Of a DNA stretch of 4,363 nucleotides, positions 1 to 4,363 are shown one piece after another; positions within the stretch are counted from its first letter, which is position 1; the number at the start of each line of letters is the position of its first letter. The stretch is from a virus (lineage: Duplodnaviria; Heunggongvirae; Uroviricota; Caudoviricetes). Location: IMG/VR virus record IMGVR_UViG_2609459822_000009; one strand, 5' to 3'. The notes beneath the pieces were generated by a model, which did not search any database, had not been told where the DNA came from, and saw only the letters and a list, made by a program, of their open reading frames with translations. The translations under genes and the position numbers were made by a program.

Positions 1-11
1 CTACAAAAATA

Positions 12-689
12 ATGTCCATCATTTTTAATGGACACTATCGTATGAAACACCGGACCTGGATCACTGAAGCTTTACGTCTTCACTTTGAAGAACATTTACC
101 CCGGGTTGTGGCCGGGCGTCGCCTGGGTGTACCAAAATCAACAGTTTGTAGTATGTTCGTGCGCTTTCGGAGAGCTGGCCTTTCGTGGCCTTTGCCCGCA
201 GGCATGTCGGAGCAGGAACTTGATGCCTGCCTTTACGGACAATTTTCCACGGTACCAGTCGTACGTCCTGAAAGCACCGTTATATCCGAAGCCCCCGTGG
301 TAAAAAAACGTCCCCGGCGGCCCAACTTCCCTTATGAGTTTAAAATCGCCTTAGTGGAGCAGTCACTGCAGCCCGGAGCCTGTGTGGCGCAGATCGCCCG
401 GGAAAACGGAATCAACGATAACCTGCTCTTCAACTGGCGCCATCAATACCGGAAAGGTGGCCTGCTGCCTTCCGGAAAAAATATGCCGGCACTGCTTCCC
501 GTGACGTTAACGCCGGAGCCGGATAATAAAATCCCGGCCCCCGCACAGGAACCAGAGCGGATAAATACACCGTCCGACAGTCTGTGTTGTGAGCTGGTTC
601 TGCCGGCCGGAACTCTCAGGCTTAAAGGTAAACTGACGCCGGCGTTATTACAGACACTTATCCGCGAAATAAAAGGGAGCAGCCACTGA
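12..689 (+). CDS. tnpA: IS66-family accessory protein TnpA (orf1), helix-turn-helix protein; start uncertain and frame is open to the window edge
   Basis: 225-codon frame. The C-terminal ~130 aa (KKRPRRPNFPYEFKIALVEQSLQPGACVAQIARENGINDNLLFNWRHQY ... ELVLPAGTLRLKGKLTPALLQTLIREIKG) has the layout I recall for IS66 Orf1: an HTH followed by a conserved C-terminal motif. The N-terminal ~95 aa holds a second HTH-like segment (AGRRLGVPKSTVCSMFVRFRRAG). No Shine-Dalgarno precedes ATG 12 or ATG 42, and there is no in-frame stop between position 3 and 12, so the true start may be 42, 204 or upstream of the window. Stop TGA at 687-689. Confidence 0.8.
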   Translation: MSIIFNGHYRMKHRTWITEALRLHFEEHLPRVVAGRRLGVPKSTVCSMFVRFRRAGLSWPLPAGMSEQELDACLYGQFSTVPVVRPESTVISEAPVVKKRPRRPNFPYEFKIALVEQSLQPGACVAQIARENGINDNLLFNWRHQYRKGGLLPSGKNMPALLPVTLTPEPDNKIPAPAQEPERINTPSDSLCCELVLPAGTLRLKGKLTPALLQTLIREIKGSSH

Positions 690-1036
690 TGATATCTCTC
701 CCTGCAGGTTCGCGTATCTGGCTGGTTGCAGGTATCACCGATATGCGAAATGGCTTTAACGGCCTGGCATCAAAAGTTCAGAACGTCCTGAAGGATGACC
801 CGTTCTCCGGACACCTGTTCATCTTCCGCGGACGCCGGGGTGACCAGATAAAAGTGTTGTGGGCTGACAGTGACGGACTGTGCCTCTTCACCAAACGCCT
901 GGAGCGGGGCCGCTTCGTCTGGCCAGTCACCCGTGACGGCAAGGTGCACCTTACTCCGGCTCAGTTATCCATGCTTCTTGAAGGTATCAACTGGAAGCAC
1001 CCGAAACGAACGGAACGCGCTGGAATCCGCATATAA
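689..1036 (+). CDS. tnpB: IS66-family accessory protein TnpB (orf2)
   Basis: 115-aa ORF whose ATG (689-691) overlaps the tnpA stop (TGATG), as is typical for IS66 orf1/orf2. The protein (MISLPAGSRIWLVAGITDMRNGFNGLASKVQ ... FIFRGRRGDQIKVLWADSDGLCLFTKRLE) matches the conserved IS66 Orf2 signature as I recall it. Stop TAA 1034-1036. Confidence 0.9.
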   Translation: MISLPAGSRIWLVAGITDMRNGFNGLASKVQNVLKDDPFSGHLFIFRGRRGDQIKVLWADSDGLCLFTKRLERGRFVWPVTRDGKVHLTPAQLSMLLEGINWKHPKRTERAGIRI

Positions 1037-1055
1037 CCCGTTGTAAAGTGAGGAT

Positions 1056-2627
1056 ATGGACACCTCACTTGCTCATGAGAACGCCCGCCTGCGGGCACTG
1101 TTGCAGACGCAACAGGACACCATCCGCCAGATGGCTGAATACAACCGCCTGCTCTCACAGCGGGTGGCGGCTTATGCTTCCGAAATCAACCGGCTGAAGG
1201 CGCTGGTTGCGAAACTGCAACGTATGCAGTTCGGTAAAAGCTCAGAAAAACTTCGTGCAAAAACCGAACGGCAGATACAGGAAGCACAGGAGCGAATCAG
1301 CGCACTTCAGGAAGAAATGGCGGAAACGCTGGGTGAGCAATATGACCCGGTACTGCCATCCGCCCTGCGCCAGTCTTCAGCCCGTAAACCGTTACCGGCC
1401 TCACTTCCCCGTGAAACCCGGGTTATCCGGCCGGAAGAGGAATGCTGTCCTGCCTGTGGTGGTGAACTCAGTTCTCTGGGATGTGATGTGTCAGAGCAAC
1501 TGGAGCTTATCAGCAGCGCCTTTAAGGTTATCGAAACACAACGTCCGAAACAGGCCTGTTGCCGGTGCGACCATATCGTGCAGGCACCAGTACCTTCAAA
1601 ACCCATTGCACGCAGTTATGCCGGAGCGGGGCTTCTGGCCCATGTTGTCACCGGGAAATATGCAGACCATCTGCCGTTATACCGCCAGTCAGAAATATAC
1701 CGTCGTCAGGGAGTGGAGCTGAGCCGTGCCACACTGGGGCGCTGGACAGGTGCTGTTGCTGAACTGCTGGAGCCGCTGTATGACGTCCTGCGCCAGTATG
1801 TGCTGATGCCCGGTAAAGTCCATGCTGATGATATCCCCGTCCCGGTCCAGGAGCCGGGCAGCGGTAAAACCCGGACAGCCCGGCTGTGGGTCTACGTCCG
1901 TGATGACCGTAACGCCGGTTCACAGATGCCCCCGGCGGTCTGGTTCGCGTACAGTCCGGACCGGAAAGGTATCCATCCACAAAATCACCTGGCCGGTTAC
2001 AGCGGTGTGCTTCAGGCCGATGCTTACGGTGGTTACCGGGCGTTATACGAATCCGGCAGAATAACGGAAGCCGCGTGTATGGCTCATGCCCGGAGAAAAA
2101 TCCACGATGTGCATGCAAGAGCGCCCACCTACATCACCACGGAAGCCCTGCAGCGTATCGGTGAACTGTATGCCATCGAGGCAGAGGTCCGGGGCTGTTC
2201 AGCAGAACAGCGTCTGGCGGCAAGAAAAGCCAGAGCCGCGCCACTGATGCAGTCACTGTATGACTGGATACAGCAACAGATGAAAACACTGTCGCGTCAC
2301 TCAGATACGGCAAAAGCGTTCGCATACCTGCTGAAACAGTGGGATGCACTGAACGTGTACTGCAGTAATGGCTGGGTGGAAATCGACAACAACATCGCAG
2401 AGAACGCCTTACGGGGAGTGGCCGTAGGCCGGAAAAACTGGATGTTCGCGGGTTCCGACAGCGGTGGTGAACATGCGGCGGTGTTGTACTCGCTGATCGG
2501 CACATGCCGTCTGAACAATGTGGAGCCAGAAAAGTGGCTGCGTTACGTCATTGAACATATCCAGGACTGGCCGGCAAACCGGGTACGCGATCTGTTGCCC
2601 TGGAAAGTTGATCTGAGCTCTCAGTAA
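1056..2627 (+). CDS. tnpC: IS66-family DDE transposase TnpC (orf3)
   Basis: 523-aa ORF with the expected IS66 transposase architecture. N-terminal coiled-coil/leucine-zipper-like region (aa ~8-95). Cys cluster C130, C131, C134, C143 ... C168, C169, C171 (zinc-finger-like). Candidate catalytic residues in VHADD (D258/D259, nt 1827-1832), LQADAYGGY (D322, nt 2019-2021) and NNIAENALR (E449, nt 2400-2402). GTGAGGA lies just upstream of the ATG, though the spacing is short. Stop TAA 2625-2627. Confidence 0.93.
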   Translation: MDTSLAHENARLRALLQTQQDTIRQMAEYNRLLSQRVAAYASEINRLKALVAKLQRMQFGKSSEKLRAKTERQIQEAQERISALQEEMAETLGEQYDPVLPSALRQSSARKPLPASLPRETRVIRPEEECCPACGGELSSLGCDVSEQLELISSAFKVIETQRPKQACCRCDHIVQAPVPSKPIARSYAGAGLLAHVVTGKYADHLPLYRQSEIYRRQGVELSRATLGRWTGAVAELLEPLYDVLRQYVLMPGKVHADDIPVPVQEPGSGKTRTARLWVYVRDDRNAGSQMPPAVWFAYSPDRKGIHPQNHLAGYSGVLQADAYGGYRALYESGRITEAACMAHARRKIHDVHARAPTYITTEALQRIGELYAIEAEVRGCSAEQRLAARKARAAPLMQSLYDWIQQQMKTLSRHSDTAKAFAYLLKQWDALNVYCSNGWVEIDNNIAENALRGVAVGRKNWMFAGSDSGGEHAAVLYSLIGTCRLNNVEPEKWLRYVIEHIQDWPANRVRDLLPWKVDLSSQ

Positions 2628-2637
2628 ATATCAATAC

Positions 2638-2657
2638 GGTTCTGACGAGTCGCTTAC
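2638..2657. repeat. Right terminal inverted repeat of the IS66-family element (inner boundary approximate)
   Basis: GGTTCTGACGAGTCGCTTAC ends in the reverse complement of GTAAGCG. It lies between the tnpC stop (2627) and the point where phage U coding sequence resumes (2658). The repeat length cannot be fixed without the left end, which is outside the window. Confidence 0.6.
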
Positions 2658-2951
2658 GATTTTCCGGCAGTTGCCGTTTATCTCACCGGCGCTGAATACA
2701 CGGGCGAAGAGCTGGACAGCGATACCTGGCAGGCGGAGCTGCATATCGAAGTTTTCCTGCCTGCTCAGGTGCCGGATTCAGAGCTGGATGCGTGGATGGA
2801 GTCCCGGATTTATCCGGTGATGAGCGATATCCCGGCACTGTCAGATTTGATCACCAGTATGGTGGCCAGCGGCTATGACTACCGGCGCGACGATGATGCG
2901 GGCCTGTGGAGTTCAGCCGATCTGACTTATGTCATTACCTATGAAATGTGA
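2658..2951 (+). pseudogene. U: Lambda-like tail terminator (minor tail protein U) gene, 3' fragment only; interrupted by the IS66-family insertion
   Basis: From 2658 the frame reads [97 protein letters not shown] and stops at TGA 2949-2951. I recognise this as residues ~35-131 of phage lambda gpU. The 5' ~34 codons are absent from the window and replaced by IS sequence. The ORF-track entry 2769..2951 is only the part after the first internal Met. Confidence 0.85.
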
Positions 2952-2958
2952 GGACGCT

Positions 2959-3699
2959 ATGCCTGTACCAAATCCTACAATGCCGGTGAAAGGTGCCGGG
3001 ACCACCCTGTGGGTTTATAAGGGGAGCGGTGACCCTTATGCGAATCCGCTTTCAGACGTTGACTGGTCGCGTCTGGCTAAAGTTAAAGACCTGACGCCCG
3101 GCGAACTGACCGCTGAGTCCTATGACGACAGCTATCTCGATGATGAAGATGCAGACTGGACTGCGACCGGGCAGGGGCAGAAATCTGCCGGAGATACCAG
3201 CTTCACGCTGGCGTGGATGCCCGGAGAGCAGGGGCAGCAGGCGCTGCTGGCGTGGTTTAATGAAGGTGATACCCGTGCCTATAAAATCCGCTTCCCGAAC
3301 GGCACGGTCGATGTGTTCCGTGGCTGGGTCAGCAGTATCGGTAAGGCGGTGACGGCGAAGGAAGTGATTACCCGCACGGTGAAGATCACCAATGTGGGAC
3401 GTCCGTCGATGGCAGAAGATCGCAGCACGGTGACGGCGACAACCGGCATGACGGTGACACCCGCCAGTGCTTCCGTAGTGAAAGGGCAGAGCACCACGCT
3501 GACCGTGGCATTCCAGCCGGAGGGCGCAACCGACAAGAGCTTCCGTGCGGTGTCTGCGGATAAAACAAAAGCCACCGTGTCGGTCAGTGGTATGACCATC
3601 ACCGTGAAAGGTGTTGCTGCAGGCAAGGTCAACATTCCGGTCGTATCTGGTAATGGTGAGTTTGCTGCGGTTGCAGAAATCAACGTCACCGCCAGTTAA
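2959..3699 (+). CDS. V: Major tail (tube) protein V, lambda gpV-like, with C-terminal Ig-like domain
   Basis: 246-aa ORF beginning [45 protein letters not shown]..., recognised as lambda gpV. GAGG at 2950-2953 sits 5 nt before ATG 2959. The track ORF starts at 2929, but that ATG is inside U and has no RBS. The C-terminal ~90 aa is Thr/Val/Ser-rich with a beta-strand pattern consistent with the known Ig-like domain of gpV. Stop TAA 3697-3699. Confidence 0.93.
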   Translation: MPVPNPTMPVKGAGTTLWVYKGSGDPYANPLSDVDWSRLAKVKDLTPGELTAESYDDSYLDDEDADWTATGQGQKSAGDTSFTLAWMPGEQGQQALLAWFNEGDTRAYKIRFPNGTVDVFRGWVSSIGKAVTAKEVITRTVKITNVGRPSMAEDRSTVTATTGMTVTPASASVVKGQSTTLTVAFQPEGATDKSFRAVSADKTKATVSVSGMTITVKGVAAGKVNIPVVSGNGEFAAVAEINVTAS

Positions 3700-3714
3700 T
3701 CCGGAGAGTCAGCG

Positions 3715-4137
3715 ATGTTCCTGAAAACCGAATCATTTGAACATAACGGTGTGACCGTCACGCTTTCTGAACTGTCAGCCCTGCAGCGTATTGAGCATCT
3801 CGCCCTGATGAAACGGCAGGCAGAACAGGCGGAGTCAGACAGCAACCGGAAGTTTACTGTGGAAGACGCCATCAGAACCGGCGCGTTTCTGGTGGCGATG
3901 TCCCTGTGGCATAACCATCCGAAGAAGACAAAGCTGCCTTCCATGAATGAAGCCGTTAAACAGATTGAGCAGGAAGTGCTTACCACCTGGCCCACAGAGG
4001 CAATTTCTCATGCTGAAAACGTGGTGTACCGGCTGTCCGGTATGTATGAGTTTGTTGTGAATAATACCCCTGAACAGGCAGAGGACGCCGGGCCTGCAGA
4101 GCCTGTTTCTGCGGGAAAGTGTTCGACGGTGAGCTGA
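3715..4137 (+). CDS. G: Tail assembly chaperone G (lambda gpG-like)
   Basis: 140-aa ORF MFLKTESFEHNGVTVTLSELSALQRIEHLALMKRQAEQAE...PVSAGKCSTVS, recognised as lambda gpG. GGAG at 3703-3706 sits 8 nt before ATG 3715. Contains the slippery heptamer near its 3' end. Stop TGA 4135-4137. Confidence 0.93.
   Translation: MFLKTESFEHNGVTVTLSELSALQRIEHLALMKRQAEQAESDSNRKFTVEDAIRTGAFLVAMSLWHNHPKKTKLPSMNEAVKQIEQEVLTTWPTEAISHAENVVYRLSGMYEFVVNNTPEQAEDAGPAEPVSAGKCSTVS
4113..4119 (+). promoter_or_regulatory. Programmed -1 ribosomal frameshift slippery heptamer G GGA AAG (G to G-T)
   Basis: The heptamer GGGAAAG sits in the G reading frame as G|GGA|AAG (codons GCG GGA AAG at 4111-4119), 18 nt upstream of the G stop. 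This is the position and sequence of the well-characterised lambda G/G-T frameshift site. Confidence 0.85.
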
Positions 4138-4363
4138 GTTTTGCCCTGAAACTGGCGCGTGAGATGGGGCGACCCGACTGGCGCGCCATGCTTGCCGGGA
4201 TGTCATCCACGGAGTATGCCGACTGGCACCGCTTTTACAGTACCCATTATTTTCATGATGTTCTGCTGGATATGCACTTTTCCGGGCTGACGTACACCGT
4301 GCTCAGCCTGTTTTTCAGCGATCCGGATATGCATCCGCTGGATTTCAGTCTGCTGAACCGGCG
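4113..4363 (+). CDS. T: T-frame segment of the G-T tail assembly fusion protein, reached by -1 ribosomal frameshift from G; 3'-partial (runs off window end)
   Basis: The -1 frame from 4113 is open to the window end and reads (GK)VFDGELSFALKLAREMGRPDWRAMLAGMSSTEYADWHRFYSTHYFHDVLLDMHFSGLTYTVLSLFFSDPDMHPLDFSLLNRR, recognised as the T portion of lambda gpG-T. There is no independent start codon or RBS, consistent with expression only by frameshifting. Confidence 0.85.

Larger units (their letters stand above)
1..2657 (+). mobile_element. IS66-family insertion sequence, 5'-partial in this window (left inverted repeat upstream of position 1); right end at 2657
   Basis: Three co-directional ORFs in the canonical IS66 order: an HTH accessory protein, a 115-aa TnpB-type protein and a 523-aa DDE transposase. 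The + strand ends ...GGTTCTGACGAGTCGCTTAC at 2657, whose reverse complement GTAAGCGACTCGTCAGAACC begins with the GTAAGCG characteristic of IS66-family terminal repeats. Sequence from 2658 onward continues in-frame as phage gene U. Exact IS name (ISfinder) cannot be assigned without a search. Confidence 0.85.

Noticed and set aside
85-303. 72-aa ORF in the +1 frame inside tnpA
   Set aside because: Entirely nested in the tnpA frame, which has recognisable HTH transposase-accessory features. No RBS, and the product is a low-complexity Pro/Trp/Cys-rich peptide typical of an off-frame translation.
961-1158. 65-aa minus-strand ORF spanning the tnpB/tnpC junction
   Set aside because: Antisense to two well-supported IS genes; short, Arg/Gly/Pro-rich and with no recognisable motifs. 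Best explained as a chance open frame.
1207-1722. 171-aa plus-strand ORF in an alternative frame within tnpC
   Set aside because: Fully overlapped by the 523-aa transposase frame, which carries the conserved IS66 motifs. The alternative frame is Arg/Cys/His-rich with no domain-like pattern.
1307-2518. Several minus-strand ORFs (1307..1606, 1648..2118, 2134..2505, 2297..2518) antisense to tnpC, plus small plus-strand alternative-frame ORFs (1559..1762, 1822..2064)
   Set aside because: All lie inside the transposase gene. Their Arg/Pro/Gly/His-rich composition is what is expected from off-frame or antisense reading of coding DNA at this GC content. No start signals or motifs were seen.
2769-2951. 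60-aa ORF listed as an independent small gene
   Set aside because: It is simply the portion of the interrupted U gene downstream of its first internal Met; the same frame is open back to the IS junction at 2658 and reads as contiguous gpU sequence.
2929-2958. Upstream ATG (2929) extending V by 10 codons ([10 protein letters not shown])
   Set aside because: This ATG lies inside the U coding sequence and has no Shine-Dalgarno, whereas ATG 2959 is preceded by GAGG at the correct spacing and gives the N-terminus MPVPNPT... expected for gpV.
3122-3689. ORFs inside V on either strand (3122..3352 +, 3279..3689 -, 3386..3568 -)
   Set aside because: Nested in or antisense to the major tail protein gene; no RBS and no recognisable features. 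Treated as chance frames.
3696-4210. Minus-strand ORFs antisense to G and the G-T region (3696..3995, 3835..4206, 3980..4210)
   Set aside because: Antisense to the well-supported G and T frames; Arg/Ser/Cys-rich products with no start signals. A hidden antisense gene here is not supported by anything I can see.
1-4363. Search for a novel defence or accessory system, CRISPR array, tRNA or integrase-associated cargo
   Set aside because: Every substantial ORF is explained by the IS66-family element or the lambda-like U-V-G-T tail module. No direct-repeat/spacer arrays, tRNA-like cloverleaf candidates or unexplained intergenic regions longer than ~30 bp are present. Claiming a new system would not be supported by the sequence.

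Overview
This window holds two things, both recognisable: most of an IS66-family insertion sequence (1..2657) and the lambda-like phage tail genes it has inserted into (2658..4363). I do not see an undescribed biological system here; every long ORF is accounted for, and the findings below are mostly confirmations plus a few low-to-moderate curiosities. The IS carries the usual three co-directional genes: tnpA (12..689), tnpB (689..1036, start overlapping the tnpA stop in TGATG) and the DDE transposase tnpC (1056..2627). Its right end finishes with ...CGCTTAC at 2657; its left end lies upstream of the window. The IS sits inside the tail terminator gene U, of which only the 3' part remains (2658..2951). 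Downstream are an intact major tail protein gene V (2959..3699), the tail assembly chaperone gene G (3715..4137) and the start of the T frame, reached by the classical -1 frameshift at G GGA AAG (4113..4119). No tRNA, rRNA or CRISPR array was seen. All identifications rest on reading the translations and motifs by eye and on recall of the lambda and IS66 protein families; no database search was run.
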